Shown here piece after piece: positions 1-6,520 of a DNA stretch of 13,512 nt (positions within the stretch are counted from its first letter, which is position 1; each line of letters begins with the position of its first letter). The stretch comes from a virus. Its lineage: Duplodnaviria; Heunggongvirae; Uroviricota; Caudoviricetes. The DNA lies in IMG/VR virus record IMGVR_UViG_2693429524_000013. The stretch is one strand, 5' to 3'. Position numbers and translations under genes: made by a program. The notes below the pieces were generated by a model. That model saw only the letters and a list, made by a program, of their open reading frames with translations, searched no databases and was not told the origin of the DNA.

Positions 1-235
1 GCAGTGATGCACAAACCAGGCAACGATAAACAGGCTAACAGTGATAGCGGCGCTCAATCAGCGCACTAAATCCTAACCAGTCCGGGAAAGAGGCTGGCTC
101 TATCGACCGCTCATGCACGGGACAATGCATACCTGATAAAGGATTCTCACAAGGGACCAATCGCGAGAAAAGAAGTGGAAAGGGGCTGATTTGTGGTGTA
201 TCACTACGGCCTCAAAAGAACACTATTACCTCTTT

Positions 236-694
236 TCAACCTCTCCCCACATTTGACCAGTATTTGATTGCACCGATCAAATCATCATAGTGGCGCATTG
301 CATCATTGAAGCCTTTATAGCTTGCCCATTGTGGTGAAACTTTGTTATTGCTGAATTGCCCACTAATCAGGATAGTCTCCAGAATGTCGGCGTATCGCTT
401 GCCAATTCGCTTCCTGACGGCCTCAGAGCTTCCACCCTTTACGATTGCATTAATCAGGGCTTTTGTGTGTCTCAGGCTCTCATAGAGCATTGCAGCGTGG
501 GCAGATTCCATAAATGAGCGTTTAGGCAAATCACCCCACCCCTCAGAATGAATTGCTGCCAGTGTGGCGTAATTCAGGCCGCTATAGTGTTTCCCGTCAT
601 CCCAGCCAACCGCTACACCTTCCATCTGTGAGAGCTCTTTATGCAGCTTATCCATCATGCGCTTGTCTATGGTGCACCGGACTTTCGGACTCAT
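236..694 (-). CDS. phage virion morphogenesis protein, HK97 gp10-like head-tail joining / tail-completion family (152 aa)
   Basis: Its ATG overlaps the upstream stop (ATGA at 691-694), indicating translational coupling. The segment NYATLAAIHSEGWGDLPKRSFMESA resembles the YA..hEfG...P.RPF motif of HK97 gp10-type proteins. It sits in an operon with capsid genes. Family assignment is from memory only. Confidence 0.55.
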   Translation of the reverse strand: MSPKVRCTIDKRMMDKLHKELSQMEGVAVGWDDGKHYSGLNYATLAAIHSEGWGDLPKRSFMESAHAAMLYESLRHTKALINAIVKGGSSEAVRKRIGKRYADILETILISGQFSNNKVSPQWASYKGFNDAMRHYDDLIGAIKYWSNVGRG

Positions 695-1503
695 TTGTTG
701 ATCTCCGTGATGTCATCAAGCAACATGTTGGCCTTATCAATCATCGTTTCGTGGAACTCATTCGACACAACAGACTTATCACCTGCGGCAATCTTTCCCG
801 CTGCCTCTCCCTGTGCATATTCCCCGCGATGCTTAGCCCTGGTTGATTTCGTAGCAGCATTGCCAGCGTTACTACCCTCTTTAGCACTATTAACAGCACC
901 CTTTTGCTGTGTTTTGTTCACCTTCTTACTGTTAGTGAAAACTCCGGCATTTTCGACCATCTTCACCTTGAAGGTGCGGAATTCTTCAAAGGTGCAATCA
1001 ATAGTGATGCAGTCACCGGAGGAAGAGCTACGCTTAACTTCACATTTCGTCATGATGAAGTTCTCAAGGAGTCCGGCATCTTCACTCACCAGGCTAACAA
1101 GCTGGCGCTTGTCTCTCATTTCCATAAGTGCCTGAACAGCGGCAGCAGGGCGCATAGATTCACGGGGATTATCTGGATCAGTGTTCCGGTCGATGTAGTT
1201 CTCTTTCCGGATGATATGAGGAGAAGAGGTAATAATGCCCGTAAAGCTGACAGATTTATCTTTAATGACGGCATGGTCTGACATGGTGGTGCCATCCTCG
1301 ACCGCATAGCTCGATTTCTCAACAGGGAACGAATAGCTGACATCAGAGATAGAGTCAAAGAAGATAGCCACGTTATCGGTATAGTTGAAGCCATCCATTA
1401 TATTTTTGTTTTGTGAATATCCCCCACACATAACAGTGAATGCAGGAGATCTCGACTCAGCTTGTTTTGCAGCTGTCAGAGCATCATTAGCCATATTAAA
1501 CAT
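691..1503 (-). CDS. hypothetical virion structural protein with a Lys/Ala/Gly-rich C-terminal low-complexity tail (~270 aa from ATG 1503 or 1494; the track ORF extends to a TTG at 1611)
   Basis: Long minus-strand ORF coupled to the downstream gene. The 1611 start is a TTG with no SD. GGAGG lies just upstream of ATG 1503 and ATG 1494. The central segment SFPVEKSSYAVEDGTTMSDHAVIKDKSVSFTGII looks like a beta-rich tail/baseplate-type fold, but no family is recognised with certainty. Confidence 0.6.
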   Translation of the reverse strand: MFNMANDALTAAKQAESRSPAFTVMCGGYSQNKNIMDGFNYTDNVAIFFDSISDVSYSFPVEKSSYAVEDGTTMSDHAVIKDKSVSFTGIITSSPHIIRKENYIDRNTDPDNPRESMRPAAAVQALMEMRDKRQLVSLVSEDAGLLENFIMTKCEVKRSSSSGDCITIDCTFEEFRTFKVKMVENAGVFTNSKKVNKTQQKGAVNSAKEGSNAGNAATKSTRAKHRGEYAQGEAAGKIAAGDKSVVSNEFHETMIDKANMLLDDITEINK

Positions 1504-1699
1504 GCCTCCAAATTGGTCCACTTCTTTCGCTGGCTTAGCCAGGTGACTAAGGTCACCCCTTCGGGCGTGAGTGGATTTAGCTAAAGCTAAACCTGCAAAA
1601 GATGCAGGCAAAATAGAACTTATCGTTGCCCTGCTTAAAATCTGCAGAAAATACAGGGCAGTTATTCGTTAGAATCGCTTATAGCTCTTCCCGAGAGCG

Positions 1700-1951
1700 T
1701 TATTTTGCAAAACGATTATGGGCATTCAGGGCTTTTTTGCGGTCCTGTGCCTGTTTTCGTGCAATAAAATGTTCGAAAGTCTCGGCCCAGGTGCATTTAT
1801 TATATTCACGGTATTTATGCATAGCCTGGCGGCTAACGTCATAGCAGGCGGCAAATGTGGAGATACGCAGGAATTCCGGCAGATCCTCGTCATCGATATG
1901 GATAATATCAAAAGGCACGTCGTCACGGTCGCCGTATAAAACAATTTTCAT
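1700..1951 (-). CDS. small HTH DNA-binding protein (83 aa from ATG 1951; the track start at 1960 is a GTG)
   Basis: GAGGTG SD lies 6 nt upstream of ATG 1951. The segment ISTFAACYDVSRQAMHKY reads as helix-turn-helix. Its position between the capsid gene and the next structural gene is unusual. Confidence 0.6.
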   Translation of the reverse strand: MKIVLYGDRDDVPFDIIHIDDEDLPEFLRISTFAACYDVSRQAMHKYREYNKCTWAETFEHFIARKQAQDRKKALNAHNRFAK

Positions 1952-1983
1952 AAAAGACACCTCAAAAACTTAAGACGGGGATA

Positions 1984-2036
1984 ATAAAAAAAGGGAAGAG
2001 GGAAAGACCTATCCCCGATCTCTCACCTCTTCCCTT
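1984..2036 (-). terminator. strong rho-independent terminator after the major capsid gene
   Basis: Perfect 11-bp stem AAGGGAAGAGG (1991-2001) / CCTCTTCCCTT (2026-2036). On the minus strand it is followed by a run of 7 U (plus-strand A run 1986-1992). The plus side has TGCTTTTATTT, so it may act bidirectionally. Confidence 0.8.
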
Positions 2037-2047
2037 TGCTTTTATTT

Positions 2048-2062
2048 GGCCTTCGAAGAAGG
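2048..2062 (-). repeat. copy of the CCYTC-NNN-GARGG-CC mini-hairpin, immediately 3' of the capsid stop codon
   Basis: The minus strand reads CCTTCTTCGAAGGCC. This matches 14 of 15 positions of 6650-6664 (CCTTCTACGAAGGCC). Confidence 0.6.
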
Positions 2063-2065
2063 ACC

Positions 2066-3112
2066 TTATTTAGCCTTGGCTTTTGCCAGAGCAGCGGCGG
2101 CGGAGTTACTAACACTCACTTTAACCACAACTTCAGGCATCATGTTCATGAAAGCATAAGAGGATTCAATGAAGATTTCTCGTTTACCTCTGGACTCTTC
2201 CATATACATGAAAGCTTCACGTGCAGCGCCGTTTGCAAGCTTCAGGTTGCGAGCGCAAGGGCCGAAAAATTGAGTATAAACGCCCACCATATCGCCTAAC
2301 GCATGTGGCTGGAATTGTGGGACCAGATAAGCAGTATTCTCTGGCAGACTATCCATTTGCACCACACGCAGGGCTAAGCCCGGAATGCGGAAGGTCGGGA
2401 AGCCCGGCAGAATATCCTCAGGGAACATCAGGCCTTTGTCAGTGATATTTTGATTGCCGAACAACAGCACCTTACGGAGCAGTTCATCAGTCTGAATTGC
2501 AGCAAAGAGTTCAGCACGGCAGAACAGGGTGAAACCACGCAGAGCACGAACGACACCACGCTGTTTAACCTTGCTCAGTGCAACCAGGTCCTGCAGCTGT
2601 TTAAGGATATCTTTAGCTAAATCCACTTCTGAAGTGGTTTGCTGTGCGCCCAGCAGTTCGCACACATTCAGTTCTTTACCCTTGGTGAGGATAATTTTGT
2701 TCTCAAAGAGAGCAAGCTGGCGTGCTTCTTCGTGGGTCTGGCGTAAGCCTTCGCCAAGCTGAATAACACGACGAGCGGTTACAGACTCTAAATTCTCTTC
2801 GGAATCTTTGCCCGGAACGCGGATACCCTGCCAGTCAGAAGGATAAATAGCACTTGATGCGGCAGTGAATGCCATATCACCCGTGCCCGTTTCACGCTCA
2901 TCTGCGGTAATGGTCGCCATCTGTTCACCGTAGCGAGGATACTGACCGAAAGCAGATTGTTTCACCTGGCGAACTTTGTCATATTCAAATTTAAAGGTAT
3001 TGCACAGAGCAGTAGTGTTGAAGATATCCATTGCTGAAATAATCTGGTTATCCAGCGGGATGTCTTTAATCAGACCACACAGATCGCGAACTTCGAATTC
3101 TTTCTTAGCCAT
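2066..3112 (-). CDS. major capsid protein, lambda gpE-like family (348 aa from ATG 3112)
   Basis: AAGGAGG SD lies 6 nt upstream of ATG 3112; the track start at 3118 is a TTG. Size (~350 aa), position directly after a decoration-protein gene, and overall sequence character match the phage major capsid protein E family. A strong terminator lies downstream. Confidence 0.8.
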   Translation of the reverse strand: MAKKEFEVRDLCGLIKDIPLDNQIISAMDIFNTTALCNTFKFEYDKVRQVKQSAFGQYPRYGEQMATITADERETGTGDMAFTAASSAIYPSDWQGIRVPGKDSEENLESVTARRVIQLGEGLRQTHEEARQLALFENKIILTKGKELNVCELLGAQQTTSEVDLAKDILKQLQDLVALSKVKQRGVVRALRGFTLFCRAELFAAIQTDELLRKVLLFGNQNITDKGLMFPEDILPGFPTFRIPGLALRVVQMDSLPENTAYLVPQFQPHALGDMVGVYTQFFGPCARNLKLANGAAREAFMYMEESRGKREIFIESSYAFMNMMPEVVVKVSVSNSAAAALAKAKAK

Positions 3113-3123
3113 CTTCAACCTCC

Positions 3124-3459
3124 TTATTGTGCAACACGCAAATCGCCATTGCTGGCAGCGATAACAGCGGCTAAGCCGTCTTTATCCACGTAGGCCGGAT
3201 TGATGTAGCAACCTTTGTTCGCAACAACGATAAAAGCGTCACCAACCTCAGCACGTTCTACAACCAGCAGCGGAGTTTTATCTGTGTGCGTTGCTTTAAC
3301 GAAGGTCTCAACCTCGCCAGCCTCAGTAACCACAACAACAGTGCCAGCCGGAATCTCAGCTTTAACTTTGTTTTTAATCTCAACGTCGCGAATACTAAAT
3401 TGCTCATCTGCGGCGTATGAAATGATGTGTCCGCGTGTGCGGATAGTCATATCTCTCAT
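3124..3459 (-). CDS. head decoration (capsid-stabilising) protein, gpD-like / DUF2190-like (111 aa)
   Basis: 111 aa beta-rich protein encoded immediately upstream of the gpE-like capsid gene, matching the lambda D-E order. AGGTGA SD precedes ATG 3459. The segment LLVVERAEVGDAFIVVANKGCYINPAYV resembles decoration-protein cores. Confidence 0.6.
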   Translation of the reverse strand: MRDMTIRTRGHIISYAADEQFSIRDVEIKNKVKAEIPAGTVVVVTEAGEVETFVKATHTDKTPLLVVERAEVGDAFIVVANKGCYINPAYVDKDGLAAVIAASNGDLRVAQ

Positions 3460-3584
3460 TTGATCACCTGCGATTTAAATTAACTCCCCTCAAAGAGTTC
3501 CGGTATAACCTCTCAAACCGCGACAGGCTCGGGCCGAAAAGTTATGCCGGAAATCTAAAGGGAAATTGATACAAGGAAAGGGAG

Positions 3585-3614
3585 ATAGCCCCGCACCGTC
3601 CAAGCGGGGGCTAT
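3585..3614 (-). terminator. GC-rich stem-loop in the leader of the capsid operon (possible attenuator)
   Basis: ATAGCCCCGC (3585-3594) pairs with GCGGGGGCTAT (3604-3614) with one bulge. On the minus strand it is followed by CUCCCUUUCCUUG, which is only moderately U-rich. Confidence 0.3.
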
Positions 3615-3787
3615 TCCATATGGGGAAAACCAACAACAGTTGGCTGATAGTTCACAGTATGGTTACGGTTACTAGAGAGCACTATCACGAAAGGCACTCC
3701 CCCGAATCAGTTCAGGCTGCGGTCACATCAGCGGGGAAATACCTTTCGGGATAGCTACCCACACAGAAAACCCGCAAAAGAAAACTG

Positions 3788-3796
3788 TGTGGATAA
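3788..3796. promoter_or_regulatory. consensus DnaA box (TGTGGATAA = TTATCCACA)
   Basis: Exact 9/9 match to the R-type DnaA box. It is a single copy in the non-coding leader. Confidence 0.3.
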
Positions 3797-3943
3797 CTAG
3801 CCCAATAGGAGAATTAATCGACCACTCAACGATGATCAGGGTAGTGTTATTTATAAGGCGGCACCGCTACCTGGTCGCCGTTACTTTGGAGGAAAATACG
3901 GCAAATCAAGATCTTCTCACATTGATATTGACGCCATATGTAT

Positions 3944-3972
3944 ATTATATCAGTATTTACTCACATTGTCAA
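3944..3972 (-). promoter_or_regulatory. perfect-consensus sigma70 promoter firing leftward toward the capsid operon
   Basis: The minus strand reads TTGACA (3972-3967), a 17-nt spacer, then TATAAT (3949-3944), with a TGn extended -10 (ctgaTATAAT). The -35 context is TTGACAAT, as in the three rightward promoters. Confidence 0.75.
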
Positions 3973-4070
3973 CACCCTGATTATATAAATTCTAATAATT
4001 AGCGTAGTAACGGTATTTTCAGACCTCTATCAATCCCATCAATACGTCACCCCACCCTTTAGACATATAC

Positions 4071-4101
4071 ATCTATCACTACTTTATAAAGCCTGATAGA
4101 T
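4071..4101. promoter_or_regulatory. operator-like inverted repeat ATCTATCA-N15-TGATAGAT
   Basis: 8-bp perfect arms at 4071-4078 and 4094-4101 with a central TTTATAAA. It is part of a set of five CTATCA/TGATAG hexamers between 4027 and 4222. Confidence 0.35.
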
Positions 4102-4195
4102 ATCCGTTGATCCTGATCAAGGTTTTCCGGGGATTTACCCGGTTATAGTTCGAATCAAGGAAGGGGAGCATTGATAGCACCCAAACCGAACAAAC

Positions 4196-4213
4196 AAATC
4201 AACTTCTCGCAAA
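4196..4213 (+). repeat. 18-nt motif AAATCAACTTCTCGCAAA, copy 1
   Basis: Identical to 4739-4756. It ends exactly 11 nt before ATG 4225. Confidence 0.85.
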
Positions 4214-4224
4214 AGGTGATAGTT

Positions 4225-4347
4225 ATGGGTATCAAGAACAGTGCCAGCGCATGGCAAAAGGCCAGGTTTCATCACCCACACATTGTTAAGGCAATTGAGG
4301 TGGTTGGAGTGTTAGCCCTGATGTTAGCTCTGTGTGTGGAGGTGTGA
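4225..4347 (+). CDS. 40-aa small membrane peptide (MGIKNSASAWQKARFHHPHIVKAIEVVGVLALMLALCVEV)
   Basis: Not in the ORF track because it is under 60 aa. AGGTGA SD lies 7 nt upstream. It has a hydrophobic C-terminal helix. Its stop is followed 1 nt later by another SD-led ATG (4349, 22 codons). Confidence 0.45.
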   Translation: MGIKNSASAWQKARFHHPHIVKAIEVVGVLALMLALCVEV

Positions 4348-4449
4348 GATGGGCAAAGGAGGCAAAGCATTTTTTAATAGGTCTGGCTATCCTGGATGTT
4401 CTACTAATCATGATTGAGCGGAGTTTATGAACAGCATTGAGAGGAGTTT

Positions 4450-4710
4450 ATGACGGGGGCTAAAGATATCAGGAGACTGAGGGAAGAGCTGATAGCTGAA
4501 ATTAAAGCTAAGGCAAAGCAAATGGAGATAGCCGCACAAATGGATGTAGCGGAACAGATGTACAAGATGGTTGAAGAGGGAACACCACGACAGGTTATCG
4601 CTAAAACCTTCGGTGTGGGGATCGCCACCGTGCACAGAAGGCTGAAAGCCTATGCCGACTACCACAACATTGAGAGAGGGGAGGATGGGAGATTTAAGAA
4701 GAATAAATAG
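4450..4710 (+). CDS. small coiled-coil plus C-terminal HTH DNA-binding protein (86 aa)
   Basis: GAGGAG SD is present. The segment TPRQVIAKTFGVGIATVHRRLKAY is a resolvase/sigma-region-4-style HTH. Its ATG overlaps the stop of an 8-codon uORF (4427-4453). GGAGTTTATGA is duplicated at 4420-4430 and 4443-4453. Confidence 0.75.
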   Translation: MTGAKDIRRLREELIAEIKAKAKQMEIAAQMDVAEQMYKMVEEGTPRQVIAKTFGVGIATVHRRLKAYADYHNIERGEDGRFKKNK

Positions 4711-4738
4711 TGTGAACAGTCCAATAGGTTATTAACTT

Positions 4739-4756
4739 AAATCAACTTCTCGCAAA
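4739..4756 (+). repeat. 18-nt motif AAATCAACTTCTCGCAAA, copy 2
   Basis: Identical to 4196-4213. It ends exactly 11 nt before ATG 4768. Confidence 0.85.
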
Positions 4757-4767
4757 GGGGTACCACT

Positions 4768-5289
4768 ATGTTATTCCAGAAAGACAAAGAATCAGTAAAT
4801 AAAAGGCTTTTTAAAGAACTGGTAAAAATGTTCTTTCAGTACACTGCAGCGTTTTTGATAGCCGGGCCTTGGTTAATGGCTATCTGTTTTTACCCTGCTA
4901 CCTTGTTTATTGGCAGTAGCAAGTTCGGCGATGGCCCGTTTCATGTGGATATTGGTTTTATAGATTCTCTCCTGATCCGTCCTATAAATGCTGTTCTCAA
5001 TGCTTTCTACTTCCCAACTAGTCTAGAGGGGTGGGCGGTAACCTGGGGTGTTTTAGGCTTAGCATATGTATATTGGTTGGTTGGCTTTTTGTGGGGTGCA
5101 ATCTGTGCTCTCCTCGATATTGATACAGGATCAAGCCGTAGGAGTAGTGGTAATAATAGCGGAGCGGGTGTATATGCACACGTAGGTACCAGAGGGGTAA
5201 GTATCACCGCAGGTACCCGATTCGCTGGCGGCTGGCTGAGTATAGGCAAACGCGGCGTTAGTTGGAGAAAAAGCAAAAAACTGTTCTGA
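4768..5289 (+). CDS. integral membrane protein (173 aa) with a Gly/Ser/Arg-rich C-terminal tail reminiscent of DUF4236
   Basis: Two long hydrophobic segments are present: FFQYTAAFLIAGPWLMAICFYPATLFI and WAVTWGVLGLAYVYWLVGFLWGAICALL. The tail GTRGVSITAGTRFAGGWLSIGKRGVSWRK resembles DUF4236. A clean terminator follows. Confidence 0.75.
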   Translation: MLFQKDKESVNKRLFKELVKMFFQYTAAFLIAGPWLMAICFYPATLFIGSSKFGDGPFHVDIGFIDSLLIRPINAVLNAFYFPTSLEGWAVTWGVLGLAYVYWLVGFLWGAICALLDIDTGSSRRSSGNNSGAGVYAHVGTRGVSITAGTRFAGGWLSIGKRGVSWRKSKKLF

Positions 5290-5297
5290 CCTACCAG

Positions 5298-5318
5298 GGG
5301 GCCATCACGGCCCCTTTT
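5298..5318 (+). terminator. rho-independent terminator of the accessory cassette
   Basis: GGGGCC (5298-5303), loop ATCAC, GGCCCC (5309-5314), then TTTT. Confidence 0.8.
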
Positions 5319-5342
5319 CTATTTCCAGTCGCTATAGCTCCT

Positions 5343-5414
5343 GAGTAATTCCACTCCCTGAGGTCGTGATCAATTCCACACCCTACCCCCTGATCAATTA
5401 ACCCCTATTTAATG
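5343..5414. repeat. three ~24-bp direct repeats (TGATCAATTCCAC-type)
   Basis: AATTCCAC occurs at 5347-5354 and 5372-5379. TGATCAATT occurs at 5367-5375 and 5391-5399. A related 17-mer CCCCTGATCA(A/T)TTAACC occurs at 5387-5403 and 6284-6300. Confidence 0.6.
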
Positions 5415-5446
5415 GGTATTTAATGCCTATTTATTGATTTAATCCG
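5406..5446. repeat. AT-rich 11-bp phased repeats (TATTTAATG x3-4), resembling a DNA-unwinding element
   Basis: TATTTAATG at 5406-5414 and 5417-5425, TATTTATTG at 5428-5436, ATTTAATCC at 5438-5446. The period is 11 bp. Confidence 0.55.
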
Positions 5447-5514
5447 TTTTATGCCACAACCGCCCGGTTGACAGAGTAAGAGAGAGGGTGTAACCCTTTT
5501 TCGTAATACTAATG

Positions 5515-5530
5515 AAATCAATAAGTTAGC
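5515..5530 (+). repeat. 16-nt motif AAATCAATAAGTTAGC, copy 1 (matches IHF consensus WATCAANNNNTTR)
   Basis: Identical 16-mer at 13259-13274. The core AATCAATAAGTTA fits WATCAA-N4-TTR. Confidence 0.6.
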
Positions 5531-5584
5531 TTAATAGGCCTTTTCTCTATTTTTGTCAAATTTAACATACCCTAAAAAACTGCA

Positions 5585-5618
5585 AAATCTGGCTGCAAGA
5601 TTATCTGCAGCTGGATTT
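5585..5618 (+). other. 34-nt imperfect hairpin
   Basis: AAATCTGGCTGCA pairs with TGCAGCTGGATTT. There are 13 pairs, including two G-T pairs that are wobble only if the plus strand is read as RNA. Confidence 0.4.
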
Positions 5619-6520
5619 CTTACACCTCATTTTGTGGTATCACCCTGACTAGTTTGTGCATAAATTGAACAGTTTTTAACATTTCCTCTTCACCTGGTAA
5701 CCACACAAAAAGCTAAAAACGAGGCACAGATAATCTTAGAGGCCTATTTTCTTGTTATCACTCTGGAAACGTCGTAGAAGTGATTTTGATGAAAGGCGAC
5801 CTACCCTATTACACCCCCATTTTTTGTTATCACAATTGCATCCTGTGTGGCTATATGGCTATGTGCTGAAAGCGGTCTCGGGTGTGGGTGTCAGAAATAT
5901 CCATTAGCGGTATTTGAGCTTATGGGTAACTCGTCTGAGGTGCCAGGCAGGCGCTCCCCTACCTCCCTTTTTTCTTCTAACAATTCTCAAATATCACACC
6001 ACTGCCCACCACGTTGCTATTATGTTAATTCTTAAGCTTTGCTGTATGTTGTGCACATTATTTATTCAGGTGGCTGTACGTAAATTCTGTGCCCACTGAT
6101 CATGATTTTTAAATCAGATTTTGTAGTGCGGTTTCTTAGTGCTGATAAGATCTATTATGTTAAATGCAATTTTCCCAACCCTTCAAATCAATGACTTACA
6201 TGTAAGCATGCACTAACACCACACACAGCACATTAGACGTATAGATGGCTATATCCCACATATTTGATTGTTTTGTAGTCATTCCCCTGATCATTTAACC
6301 AGTATAGTTTGTTATCTGCAGACCACAAAATCGGAATTTACATCTGATTAACATAATCTGTTAGCATGATCACCATTACCCACACAACAATAACCCCATG
6401 TAAGCCTCTTCAGGCAATTTATCGGCGTGTTGGTGTGAACAGTCTTTCATGTTCTTTATGTATCAGTTGTCCTGTGTGGTGATTTGGTGGACTGCCCCAG
6501 GGGCCATACTTATGATGCCC

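Noticed and set aside
1-69. Open plus-strand frame running off the left edge (...AVMHKPGNDKQANSDSGAQSAH stop at 67-69) as the 3' end of a convergent gene.
   Set aside because: Only 22 codons are visible, with low-complexity composition, no way to see a start and no terminator after it. It cannot be supported from this window.
553-3463. Plus-strand ORFs overlapping the minus-strand virion genes (553-846, 641-1135, 904-1281, 1626-1844, 1718-1939, 2036-2299, 2221-2445, 2529-2762, 2976-3164, 3215-3463) and minus-strand shadow ORFs (1116-1394, 1726-1944).
   Set aside because: These are shadow ORFs of well-supported genes on the opposite strand or in another frame. They are Cys/Arg/Ser-rich with no SD. 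The same reasoning applies to 4408-4665, 4425-4628, 5007-5276, 8684-8866, 10593-10817, 11169-11471, 12200-12394, 12746-12964 and 12903-13124.
3566-4002. Track ORFs 3566-3754 and 3787-4002 (plus strand) as genes in the capsid-operon leader.
   Set aside because: They have non-ATG starts and no SD, and the peptides look low-complexity and odd. They run antisense to a leader transcribed from a consensus promoter.
4349-4453. 22-codon (4349-4417) and 8-codon (4427-4453) ORFs as independent protein genes.
   Set aside because: They have good SDs and coupling geometry, so they may be translated. They are too short to call as proteins and are treated instead as possible leader or coupling uORFs within the cassette finding.
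5531-5559. Leftward sigma70 promoter (minus strand TTGACA-N17-TATTAA) that would start a transcript at the 16-mer and run antisense into the 173-aa gene.
   Set aside because: The -35 is exact but the -10 is only 4/6. No terminator or target structure is evident for such a transcript, and the second copy of the 16-mer has no comparable promoter. It is left as unproven.
3461-6372. P1-type pac site built from TGATCA hexamers (copies at 3461, 3834, 4114, 5367, 5391, 6097, 6288, 6367).
   Set aside because: The copies are dispersed over 3 kb rather than clustered 4+3 within ~160 bp. Overall GATC density is about that expected by chance. Only the 5367/5391 pair is close, and it belongs to the 24-bp repeats.
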